Positions 9,703 to 21,572 of a DNA stretch of 64,000 bases are shown here, in pieces (the stretch's first letter is position 1; each line of letters opens with the position of its first letter). This stretch comes from Pelomyxa schiedti (lineage: Eukaryota; Protista; Evosea). The position numbers and the translations under genes were made by a program. Under the pieces are notes generated by a model that had not been told where the DNA came from, did no database searches, and saw only the letters and a program-made list of their open reading frames with translations. The stretch spans positions 35,588 to 99,587 of the forward strand of contig JAHLWZ010000359.1 in NCBI GenBank assembly GCA_020536535.1, written 5' to 3'.

Positions 9703-12700
9703 ATGAACGTGGCCAGTACTACGTCGACAGGGTGGACACCGCAACCTGAGGGTCTCCACAGACTCCTTGAGTTGTTGAGGAATGTGCCAAATCCAAGTTT
9801 TCAACAACAGATAAAACAAGTGCGTTTCACCACCACATCACAAAAACAAATGAGCAAAACAAAAGTCTCAACACGAAAGGTGGTGGGGTGAATTGTGTTG
9901 GCAATTCCCAGTTGTCATCGAAAATATTCCTCTGCTCCCATTGGCATCATTTCACTACTCTGAATGGTCCTGAAACAACACTAATCACTGCGAAATCCAG
10001 GACTTTGAAAACCTTAAACAACACCCTGAATGGGGGAACTACTTGTTGTTTGTCATGACCAACTGCACTACAGAACCAGAGCACGTGAGGCAGGTGGCTG
10101 GTCTTCTACTTAAGAACTATTTATGGACAAATACCAACGTGTATGCACTGAGCCATCACCAGTTTTTTATTTATTGGTACCAATTTATATACAGGCCTCA
10201 TCTCATACAAGCAGTAAAAGAAAACATCCTTGTAGCACTGAAGGACCCCAAGTGGTCAGTTGTTTGTTCTGCGGCCAGTATTATCTCAGCGGTAATTCGT
10301 AAGGAAGGACTTGCTGGTATTGGAAACTCTCTTACTGTATCAATACCAATTTCCTTTTGTTTTTCAGCATGGAACACTTTACTTCCATGTCTATATCAGC
10401 AACTTTCAAGCACTGACAACACCTTTCTGTCGAGTATTCTTTACACTCTTGCCATTTTGTGTGAGGTGCATCTCTGGCTCTTTTTTTTGTTTGTTGTTAC
10501 GAGAAGGATTAAGAAGCAAACAGGATTATAGTGTGGAAATGGACAAACCTGAAATTGGCCAACCAGCTTCCTATCTTATTCCTAAATTCATCGAACTTTT
10601 CAAACATCCCGAAGGTTGTGTCATATTCTACATTCCCTCTCTAATCGTTGATCAGAAAAAGTACGGCATTTAGCGCTCCGTTGTATAAGTGAATTTCTAC
10701 CTTCTATGCCATCTTCAATGACAACCAATTTGCCTCCTTTTCTTCCGGTTTCTCATTTCGTAGTTTTAAGTACTTCTTATATCACTAGGCTCTATTTGCG
10801 CTTGCAACGGACCAAGCCCCTAAAATTCGACAAAAAGTGTGTCGTGCAATTGTAACAATCACAGAACAGCATGTCAGTATTCTAGCACCACATATGGCTG
10901 ACATTGTCAGATATATGTTGTATTCAACACAAGTATGTTCCTCTCGGAAGACACACTTTTTTTTTACCTAAAGTAGGATGCTAACTTGAGTGTTGCTGTT
11001 GAAGCTTGTGAATTTTGGCAGGCTATAGCTTCCTCTAGAATGTGTATAGACTCACTCAAAGAATTTCTTCCCACGTGTGCATCGGGTACTGAAGTATCAC
11101 AGTGATAATTTTTCCCTGTAGGCTTTTACCTGTACTGCTGAACAAAATGGTGTACACCGAGGCAGATATTACACAGATTGAGGCTGAAGATGACAATAGG
11201 TATCCAAGTATCGACGTCCTTGACATTTACCTAATGGTGTAAATCAGTCAGACACCTGATAAACCGCAAGACATTAAACCAAGGTTCAGGCACACCAAAG
11301 GGTATATTCCTCCACACAAGATTTCTACTTTATTGACTCTATTTTTTTAGTACCTTGATTGATGAGGGGGACGAGGATGGGGCAACTGATGACTATGGTG
11401 AGCCCTCCGACTGGACCATCAGAAAATGTAGCGCCGCTGGTCTTGACACGCTTTCAAATGTGTTCAAGGACGACCTGTTGCCTCCTTTACTTCCTCTTAT
11501 TCAACAGACTTTAAGTCCACAAATGACTTGGCAAGGTTAAACTCTTGAAGTACAGGGATCCCACTTATTGGAGTAGTTATTGAAAGTGGAATTCTTGCTA
11601 TTGGAGCGATCGCTGAAGGCTGTCTTAATGGACTGTCCCCGCACTTGCCAATACTACTTCCTTTCCTCTTGAATTTCATGAGCCATCCACAACCATTAAT
11701 ACGAAGCATTTCTTGTTGGACACTGAGCAGATACTCTCGATGGATAGTTGTAGATGCCCAAAAAGTGGGTCATGATAAGCATCTTAGACCACTAATGGGA
11801 GGTCTTCTTCAATGCATCCATGACACATCCAAACGTGTGCAAGAGGCAGCTTGCAGGTTGCCCCTCGTTCCCCGACACGAATTCTGAGCTTTGCCTAGTG
11901 CGTTTGCAACCTTGGAAGAGGAAGCACAAGTCGAGTTGGTTGTTTATCTGAAACCAATTGTCGAGAACTTGATGCAGGCCTTCAAGAAGTACCAAGCAAA
12001 AAATTTAATGAGTACTTGGAAGCGAAAACAACAAACACACTCTATTCAAACTTTGCAACTAATATTCTCTATTAGTATTGTATGATGCTATAGGAACCTT
12101 AGCTGATGCTGTGGGGTCCGAACTGAATACTGATGAATACAAGTCCCTTCTTTTGGGGCCTTTATTTGAAAAGTGGAATGCTCTTGGTGATAGTGACAAG
12201 TAAAACCCACCCTAAGTACCCTACCCCTCATTTGTTACAGGGCGTTGTTCCCGTTACTAGAATGTTTAACATCAGTTGCTGTGGCCCTTGGACAAGGTTT
12301 CCAAAACTTTGCCCTACCCGTGTTCCGCCGTTGTTTGCAGATTATAGAGTCCGTCTTACTTCTATTTGTGGTGTGAACTCGTATCTTTTATGTAATCTAA
12401 CTTTTATTGTAGGTTGCCCAAACCGACTCTCACAAAGACTACCCTGACACGGAACTCATCGTTTGCTCGTTGGACCTATTGGGTGGGTTGTTTGAAGGTC
12501 TCCAGCAAAACATTGCCCCTCTCTGCACAAATAGCAACATTGTGCCACTTGTATTCCAGTGCTTGAAGGTCTCTATAACGATTAGCTCCCTCTTATTAAC
12601 TCGGAATTTACAGTTACGAGCAGCTGATGTGAGACAGAGTGCGACTGCCATAGTGGGAGATTTGGCCAAGTATGTGTATGGAATGCTTGAACCTGGGTTA

Positions 12701-13424
12701 CCAGAGATTTTACCCTTGCTTGCTGAGAACCTCAACCCACGTAACCTCATACACGTGCCAGTTTAGACTAATTTAATGCAGAGTATATCAATGTGTGCAA
12801 CAATACAAGTTGGGCGATTGGTGAAATCGCCCTCAAGTACCAAGGAAACATGAGGCCGTTCGTACCCTCCATAATTCCGCGGTTAATTCCAATTATCTGC
12901 CGGTCCCGTTTAAATAAGTGAGTCTCACAAGAATAAAAAGCCTCCCTCAGCACTATTTTAGGATAATGAGAGAGAATGTTGCTATCTGTATGTGTAGGAT
13001 TGCGCAAGTTGCCCCTGATCTCGTTGCTACGCAAATTACTGATTTCTTACCAGTTTGTAACTCTACTCCCTGTTTTTGTAATAATGTCTACAAGTTCCTC
13101 TGCCTCGTTCTTCGTGCCATGCGCGAAGATGCAGAAAAGGAATCCGCCTATACCGGACTATATCTGTTGGTGTCTACCAATCCTAAGGGGTCACTGCAGT
13201 ACCTAGTTTACGTCTGTGATGCGTTTTGCGCCCATCGGCCTCAGAACAACAAGTTGCTTCTACAATATGGTCAACTGCTGCACTTCCTCAAGGCACAGAT
13301 GACCCCACAAGACTGGGAAACAGCGAAGAGTGCATTTCCTCCTCAACTCAGTCAGGTACTTATCTCCGTCGGAAAATTAACATTACTCACTTGCCCTAGG
13401 TTTTGGGGGAGATATTTGATTTGA
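9703..13424 (+). CDS. TNPO1: Transportin-1 / karyopherin beta-2; multi-exon
   Basis: [32 protein letters not shown], acidic loop then [74 protein letters not shown]. Confidence 0.92.
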
Positions 13425-13681
13425 GATAAACTCCCGTCTTCTGCTTAACACATTGTTGCGCACCGCACTGATACTCTGCTGTTCAATGCAATTCGATTCA
13501 ATTTTTGTTGTGTGTGTCTGTGTTTTTTGTGTGAAAATATCCTATATGTTTCCCTTGTCCTTTTTCTTAGAGGTAATAAAATTAGAGCCTGAGGGACTGA
13601 GGCTCAGTTGCAGAAATCGGGCATCACTTGCATAGAACAGATTCGAAATCAAATTAAAGCCACCGCACGCGAGGCTCATCG

Positions 13682-15932
13682 ATGTTGTCCATTGACGGTA
13701 GTCGCGATTCCGGAGAGGACGTTAGATCAGAGAATGGTGTGTGAGAGTCGTCGGTTGTTGTTTTTTATTATTTTTTTCTTTCTGGGCGGGGATGGAGTTG
13801 GTTTTTGTTGCTCTTTTAATGGGCCGTTCTCCTCGCAGTCACTGCTGCTATTGCAATTGCAAATGTCGTGAAGAGTTCGTTTGGACCTGTGGGATTGGAT
13901 AAAATGATTGTGGACGATATTGGCGACGTGACTATCACTAATGACGGTGCTACGATTTTACGGCTTCTGGAAGTTGAGCACCCAGCTGCCAAGGTGTTTG
14001 CTTGCTGTTTGCGGCCTTTTTGGAAAGAAAACCAACCAATTTCAAGGTATTGGTGGAACTTGCCGATCTTCAAGATAAAGAAGTTGGCGATGGCACAACA
14101 TCAGTGGTTCTTGTTGCTGCTGAACTTCTTAGGGTATGCCGGGTTGTTTTGGTTCCACAATAACCAGTGAAGAGGGCCAACGAGCTTGTGAAACGCAGGA
14201 TTCACCCTACCTCTGTGATTGCTGGTTACAGACTTGCAGCGCAAGAGGCTTGCAAGTATCTTCAAACAGTCTTATCTTTGAAGGTGCCTATGACTCGACC
14301 CCTTCATAATTTTTGCAAACAAAATGAACAAATTCAGATAGATGCACTTCCCAAAGACACACTCATGAATGCAGCAAGGACATCAATGGCCTCAAAAATC
14401 ATTGGCAATGATGATGCCACTTTCTTTTCACACATCGCTGTGGAAGCCTTGTTGAGAGTGAAAAGAATAGATGAGAAGGGAACTGTCAAGTACTCGAACT
14501 TTATCCCTACTCTTTTCTCAATACTTTTGACCAGGTATCCTGTCAAGTCCGTAAACATTTTAAAGGCACATGGAAAGAGTGCAAAGGAATCCGTTATGGT
14601 TCCTGGGTATGCTCTCAATTGCACAGTTGCGTCCCAAGGTAGCACTCTGCTAAACATTTCTTGTTCTTATTGATCCTTTCAGCCATGCCCAAGCGAATTG
14701 CAAATGCCAAAGTGGCTTGTGTGGACTTTAACCTCAACAAAGAGCGAATGCCCATGGGTGTTGAGGTACTCATCACTGACCCAAACAAGCTGAATGATGT
14801 CCAACTCAAGTAGCATCCATCTCTGTTACAATGTTCTCACGACAGTGTAGGGAAGCCAACATCACCAGGGAACGAATTGGGATGATTTTGCGAACAGGAG
14901 CCAATGTTATCCTCACCACAAAAGGAATAGATGATATGTGTATGAAGTATTTTGTTGAGGCCGGTGCCATGGCTGTAAGACGAGTGAAGAAGGAGGATCT
15001 TAGAAGGATAGCCAAAGCCACTGGAGGTGCATATGCCTATTTTATGTTTCCTCGTCTTACGGTACTCAGCAACCATTCAGTTGACTATGGCAAATATGGA
15101 GGGTGGCGAGTCTTTTGATGTTAGCAGTCTTGGCGTCTGTGACGAGGTAATCCAAGAGAGAGTCGCCGACGACGAATTGCTATTATTCCGCGGAGCTAAG
15201 ATGAAGTCATCATCAATCATTTTGAGAGGAGCAAATTCCTTCCTTCTTGATGAAATGGAGCGGTAAACAACCCTAAGTTCCTCAAGCTTCTAAATCCTGG
15301 GTAGATCCATTCATGACGCCTTGTGCATTGTCAAGAGGACTCTAGAGTCGAGCACACTCGTTGTAGGTGGTGGAGCTGTTGATACAGCGCTGTCCATTTA
15401 TCTGGAATCATTTGCACGAACACTGGTACTTTTCTTCAGCGGAACTACTTACCGGGTGCGACTAACGTTTGTACCCAGGGTTCTCGGGAACAAGCCGCTG
15501 TGCACGAATTTGCCGAGGCATTGCTGGTTATTCCAAAGACCCTTGCAGTGAATGCCGCCTGTGTAAGTGGACCTACCCTTTTTATACAACTCTTTCCTCG
15601 AAGCACCCCGCACTCTAAACCAAATCAATCTCAACACCAACAACCACCGTTCCTCATTTACCCAACAGGATTCCATGGAACTGGTGTCGCAGCTTCGCGC
15701 GCATCACTACGCCTCACAAACAGACAAAACCAAAGTGGCAATGGCACACGACGGCCTGGACCTAGTCAATGGAGCCGTTCGCAACAACCTAGAAGCCGGC
15801 GTTGTTGAGCCCGCAGTCAGCAAAGTCAAGTGCCTCAAGTTTGCCACTGAAGCCGCCATCACAATCCTAAGAATCGACGACGTAATCAAATTGTCACCCA
15901 AACCAGAACCCCAAAGAGAGGAGGACTACTAA
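13682..15932 (+). CDS. CCT1: Chaperonin CCT/TCP-1 subunit alpha; multi-exon
   Basis: [88 protein letters not shown]. Confidence 0.96.
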
Positions 15933-16067
15933 ACAAAAACAACAACAAAAAAAAAACAAGGAGAGCCACAACCACTTGACTTTTTCTTTCTTTTTCTGTT
16001 GTTGGTTCGTGTCCTTTGAAATCACATTGAGGGCAGAATTAGAAAATAGAACGGACCATACAGAAAG

Positions 16068-17101
16068 ATGGCGGAATGGTTGTGGGTGCTGCAGGTTGTG
16101 AGTGGGTCGTACGTGGGCTTTTTCGGGCTGTATTTTGTGAGTTGGATAGTGGCGCCCAGGCTCATGAGGAGGCAGTACGAACGCGTCGAGGACGAAAAAA
16201 AGCAGGAGTGGCACCAAAACTCTGTGTCATTTGTTCACTCCTTCCTGGTGACTCAGGTTTGGTTCCACAGGAATCCCGATACAATTGACAGAGAAGTGTA
16301 GGGATCGTTGCGTGGCGTGGTGTGGAGATTGATGCAGGTGGAAGTGTGGGATGCATCGCACCTGTCAACCGTTGTGGTGTGCGGCAGTAGTGAGGAGTAC
16401 ATTCACAATTATGCATTTTGTGTGTAGTTCCCTCCATGGCATTGGTTTGGTTCTAAGTGTCTTCCTTTTTTTTTTTTTTGTAAACAGGGCTGTTTGTGTC
16501 ATGTGGATATTTTCTGTACGACATGACTCTATATCATGTATCCACCTGCTCTTACTGATTTGTTTTTTTTTAAAATCTAACATTATCACCAAGACATTTT
16601 CTAAAAACGGGACCTTTTTCAAGCATTTGCACCACATAATTCCTTCGTTGGCCATATTTTGGTTCTACTATATGGATGTCAGTGTTCCGGTTGTTTCTGC
16701 ATTCAACAGTAATGAAGTACCTAGCCTATTGTGCTTGTTATTTTCTCTATCTCACAACTGGCCAGATAAGTACACCCTTCCTGGAACTGATGTGGTTTTT
16801 CCGGTATACCAACCACAGCGCACTTGGAATGGCAGCCACAGTAATGTTTGTGCTCTCATTTGTAGTATCACGTGTTATTGGTGACACAATTCTGCTGTGC
16901 CTTACTCCCTGGGTTGTATGGGACACTGCAATATGCTCTACTGGTGATGACATACACCCACTACCACATAGAACTCATGTGATTGTCACTGTGCACGTAC
17001 TGATGGTAGCCTACTGCCTGCTTCAGTACGTTATGATGGGGCAGGTCACACTCTACATAATAAAGTTCTTCACCAAAAGAAAGGAAACCAAGGAAGCATA
17101 A
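16068..17101 (+). CDS. TLC (TRAM/LAG1/CLN8) domain multipass membrane protein, TMEM56-like; spliced
   Basis: KQEWHQNSVSFVHS, GYFLYD, HLHH, E|ISTPFLELMWF, FVVSRV, plus several hydrophobic helices. Confidence 0.75.
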
Positions 17102-17136
17102 ATACATAAAAACCATTATTATCGTTTTTCATTCAT

Positions 17137-17217
17137 TGGAGGGATGTCACCACCCCACACACAAAAATTGTTTCCAAGCAAAAGACGCGTGGTCATTTGC
17201 GGGAACAGGTAAGTAAT
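17137..17217 (-). ncRNA. Candidate miniature U1-like Sm-class snRNA (~80 nt)
   Basis: 5' AUUACUUACCUG; stem-loop GUUCC-C-GCAAA...UUUGC-UU-GGAAAC enclosing GACCACG (compare U1 loop I GAUCACG); Sm site AAUUUUUG; terminal hairpin GGGGUG-GUGA-CAUCCC (GNRA loop); intergenic between two convergent genes. Confidence 0.6.
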
Positions 17218-17225
17218 TCGAAGAA

Positions 17226-17277
17226 GCGCCGCGACAAGATTGCCCCCGTGCTAGGCACGGGGGATCGCATCAGGCGC
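17226..17277. repeat. GC-rich inverted repeat / hairpin
   Basis: Perfect CCCCCGTGC-TAG-GCACGGGGG core (17243-17263) extended by GCGCC-GCGA...TCGC...GGCGC. Confidence 0.8.
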
Positions 17278-17442
17278 ACTGAATTGATTTAGTTTCTCAT
17301 ATTCACACCGTTTCGTTTTTGTAGGGGGGGAGCTGCTCTGACAATTATGGGCGGCGGCGGTTGGTGGTAGGCGAATTCGGAGCTTTTTTGCTAGAAAGGG
17401 TAGGTAGGGGTTACCCTCCAACTTGGTTTGCGCGACTTACGT

Positions 17443-18633
17443 TTATTGTTTCTCAAAGGTGGGTGGTACTTTATTTTTGGCTTTTCCTCCACAAATTGCT
17501 GCTAGCAACAGTGATTTTGATGCTTTTGGTGGTGAATCGAGGGTGTCAATGGTTTTCGTCTTAAGAGAGCCTGCAACCTTGGGATTTGTAAGTGTGAATC
17601 GAAGACAACAAGAACAGTTACCTTCTTTGGTACTCGTAAGTTTTTCTGCATTTGTTGCCTCAAGCGCTTCATTTTTCTTTTGCAACTCGGCCTTAGTGGC
17701 TTGCAACTCCACGCAAGCTCTCTCAAGACGATTACGCAAGTCTAGAATTTCGTTCTGCAGTGCACTCTTTTCTTCATCTGTGCGAGCGATGAGAAAGGAG
17801 CAACCTTCTCTCCAACACTGAAATGAAAGGACGCACTTAATGCCCGTATAGCGTCCTTCTTGGCGTTCCATCTGGCCACTATGAAATCATATTGTGCATC
17901 AAGTTCTCTATCCAAATCAGAGGGATGTGGAGTTGCCATTTGAACAGAAGAAGCTGGAGCTGGAGCATAAGCCGGGACTGCACTTGCAGTTCCCATTCTG
18001 ATCACCGGGGTATACTTGGAATTAATTCAGATAACCATCACAGAAAATGAAGAAAATGTGAGCAGAAACAAATACCTCGAAAGGGTTGTGAGTCTTCTTT
18101 GGAATCATCGTGATAATTACACCGTCAGTCTTGCAAGCTTGCTCACGAACATATTTCTCCTGCTGGTCCACTTCTTGGTCCCAGTGAACTATAACTGATG
18201 CTCTGAATCCAGCATTCACAAGGAAATCGATATTCCGGCCGCGTGTTGTGCAAACAACTGCTTTTCCATTGATAGTAGCTATGTGCTTAAGAAATTCACC
18301 CCTCTTGTGCAGATGTAAATAGAAACCATCAGCCACACCGACCACTACACACCTTAACTGCCATTGGTACTAGTGTCACTTCAGCGATCCCGCGCCGTTT
18401 AAGTGCCCTCATCACGTACTCACACTCTTCCCATTTTTTGCAGTACACTACCGTCAAACCACTCAACACCAAGGCTATATTTGTTGCCAACCTGGAAAAT
18501 CGCAGGGACCAGTAAGTTCACACACGCAACATCGTTTCTTTACAGCAACAATCAAAGCGTAACAATCCCGCAGCACATACCGCGTAATCTTGTCATCATC
18601 GCTGGTGAACTCGTCCTGCACAATGTGCACCAT
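17443..18633 (-). CDS. Protein with stand-alone degenerate helicase C-terminal (RecA2-like) domain and coiled-coil tail; spliced
   Basis: MVHIVQDEFTSDDDKITR|LATNIALVLSGLTVVYCKKWEECEYVMRALKRRGI...KAVVCTTRGRNIDF...VIVHWDQ...EKYVRE...DGVIITMI; tail LQNEILDLRNRLERACVELQATKAEL. Confidence 0.55.
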
Positions 18634-19014
18634 CACCACACCGTCAACAACCCCAAAAAAATCCGCCACAAACTGACGTTAATGCCCGGCAAGCGTTTTT
18701 TTTTCCCAGGCCTAAATATAAAAGCTCCGAAATCGTCCATCGTGTGTGTTGCGTACTTGGGGTGCATTGCTTTGGGGTGACTAACTTATGGTTACGAATA
18801 TGGTCACCAGCTTTTCTCCACAATGTGGAGGTCGGGTGGTGTTTTTATTGCAGCAGCAACAGTGCTACTCCATCCGCGGTGCCAAACGCGGTTTCTTCAG
18901 CATTGAGCCCGCGGGGGAGGTTTTTCATGAGTAATTGCTGGAGAGTTGTTTGGGAATCCACAGCTACCTTCTTGGTTCTTCCTCTGCACGTAATAGAAAC
19001 TGGGTAATAGTATT

Positions 19015-19525
19015 TTAGTAAAGTAGTGGATCCTCGTCTGGAATTTTGATACCAAAGCTGGGTAGCTCTCCTGGTTTGGGATTTTTTGGGAACATTGGCT
19101 TCTCTTCATCAAAGGGTTGGAGTTGCACAGCTGGGTGTACTGACTTGGGAAGATATAGGTGCAATTCAAGTGTGGGCTCTACGGTCACCACTTTTGCGTC
19201 CTTCTGTATCCTGATTGATGGTGTGTCACCTTCCCACAGTATTTGCTTCAATGTGAGCTCTGATTCCTTGGCACCAGACACTGGTGCCCCAGCATTGTCA
19301 ACAAAGATCCAAGGTGAAATACTTGTGAACTCTCCTGTTTCATCAACATCTTTGCGCACTCCAGTGAGTCTTTTGTTGCTGTGTAAATGGCTGGTGAGAA
19401 TGGTGGGAAAAAGAAGTTATTGGCGCGTACCTTTCAATTTCCCACAAATTGGAACCATGAGAGGGATAGTTGGCATCAAAGACATCGACTTGGCTGAGTG
19501 TCTCAGGGCCTGTAGGTTTGAGCAT
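19015..19525 (-). CDS. Hypothetical protein (2 exons; start uncertain)
   Basis: A GT-AG intron joins SNLWEIER to LTGVRKDVDE...WIFVDNAGAPVSGAKESELTLKQILWEG...; no confident domain. Confidence 0.5.
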
Positions 19526-19716
19526 GGGTGTAGTTTTTTCAAGGTAGCAGTCTCGAGGATTGGATAACAGATAGGAGATTGCATTTCTGTGGGTTGTTTC
19601 TTTGTTTGCTTATTTGCTTATGGTTGTGTTGTTTCGTTTTAGTTTGGTTTTATTGACATCGCACACAATCATATGCCACATTTTTCTTCAAACACTCAAA
19701 ATGAGTCAAGGGGCAG

Positions 19717-21572
19717 TTACGTGAAAGCAAGCCTCAGGATTCCCCAGTACTGCAGGTCTTTCTCCATGTTGCGCTGTGTCTCCTCATCATAATTGTCAAA
19801 TTTAATCACGGAGCTTCGAGGTAACAATGTGGCACCCAGTATTTTAATGATGCCCTCCTCCACTTCATCCTCACCACTAGCCCTGTTGATGAAGTTGCAC
19901 ACAACAATTGGATTCCTTCCAGCACTTAAAATATTCATCACATGGGCACCAAGTACCTCAAGGCACTCTTGGCTTCGGGCAATGCCAATTGGGAAAATAA
20001 TAATGACAGAGTGGATTATCTGGGACTTGTCACATGCCACAACACTGTGAATCGAGTCATTCATGTGTGTATCTGGCCCAACCCTGCCAGTCAAGAAGTC
20101 GGAAATACTCAGGTGAAGGTAGTTGCTCTCTGTGATGCCCCATGGTTCCCAGAAGTGCATGTTGAGTCTCTTCATCATTTTATCAGTTGGAGCGTTCCCA
20201 GGGAGGAGATCGGCAAGTGTGTGACAAGTGTAGTCAACAGTTACGTGACGTGACGACGCTGACGCCTGGAGTGGTGTAACAACCTCTTGCCCAGAGCTGA
20301 ATGAGGTTGCCAGGCCATTGCAAAACGTGGTCTTTCCTGAGCCAAACCATCCCCAGAGCTGTTTTGTTGGTGAGGGTAAACAAAAGAGTATTTGTGGCAC
20401 AACATACAAGAATGTTTATCCTCGTCTTGGTTGGATTTGGCAACCTCGTCCTTTCTGGTAGCCACTCCGCTCCAAACCACGCTGCAATTATGGAGACGTA
20501 AGAACCAAATATGAAATCAAAAACAGAAAGGAAACACTGACAAACCAAGGAGCAGTGTGACATAGCCTGTATACCTGGTACCATCCATAACACACTCATA
20601 GTGCACCCTCTCAGGCACCAGATTTCGGTAAATGAGAGCTCTCTGGTCTGGCATCAGGGTGACAGTCGTCTCAAATGGGTGGTCCCTAGTGGCTGGGGCA
20701 GTAGTTTTTACAACTTCATTATTATAGAAACCGGGCAGAAAGTGTAGGATTGTTCCCTGTTGACGTGGTCAGTTTCCTTTTTAATTTTTAGTAGAAACAC
20801 CCACCTCTGGAATAGCACAGTCAGAAAGAACAGGAGTAATTACCACCTTCAGCGTTACAGGATCTCTGCTGGTTTGCAGGTTGCTTCCAATTTGAGAGCA
20901 AGATATCCGTAGCTTTGGCGCATAGTTTGGGGAAATAGGCCTCAGTGCCGTCAAAGAATTGAAGAGGTGTTGGTAGTCCGGCGACAGGAATCGGCGGGCG
21001 TCAGGCAGGATGCGAGCAAACTGTTGCTCCCGTATTCCAGGGCCAACTCCAATAGCAATGATAACAGGCTGCGGCGTCAGGTTCATCAAGGAACGGTAAG
21101 CCTCTGTGATGGGTGTCGATGGCTCGCCCATCGCCGCGGCGACGATTATCAATGCCGGCTTGGACGTTTCTGACATGTTTCTAAGGAACGAGCGCGTGGC
21201 CGACGCGAGTGCGTCGGCTAGGTTCGAGCTTCCGCCCTGGTGTCTCATGCCGGGGTGCTTCTTGATAGCCTTTGTGGGATCATGTGGAAACCTTGGGTGG
21301 GGCACAACTTCGTCAGTTCCTTTTATTGCTGTCATCAGCGCACCGTTGTCATTGGTGAATGGACAGACAGTCCTCGCTGCATTTGCGAATTCGATCACGC
21401 TGCGCAGCATTCTGTCGGTGTTCTCCACAATGAGGGGCAGGATTTTTTTGGTGAGGATGGCGTCGTAGCCCGGACCCACAGACCCAGAGCTGTCCACCAA
21501 GATGCTCAGAAGAGTGTCTGTGGACAGCTCCTTATGTAGTTCATTGACCAACAACAGGCTCGTGTCCACCAT
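19717..21572 (-). CDS. VWA domain + IFI44-like P-loop GTPase domain protein; spliced
   Basis: ILVDSSGSV (MIDAS), VIEFANAA, GGSSNLADAL, IIAIGVG; C-terminal INIL|LWGWFGSGKTTFCNGL...HFWEPWG...DFLTGRV...IIHSVIIIF. Confidence 0.7.

Noticed and set aside
16539-16593. GTATCCAC donor in the TLC gene as a U12 intron
   Set aside because: Lacks the +7/+8 TT and has a U2-like CTAAC branch site
17180-17325. Plus-strand CAG|GTAAGTA...TTTTGTAG read as an intron of a tiny gene or as a spliced-leader RNA
   Set aside because: The resulting ORF is about 26 aa and featureless, and there is no good Sm site downstream on the plus strand; the minus-strand reading explains more features. Not formally excluded
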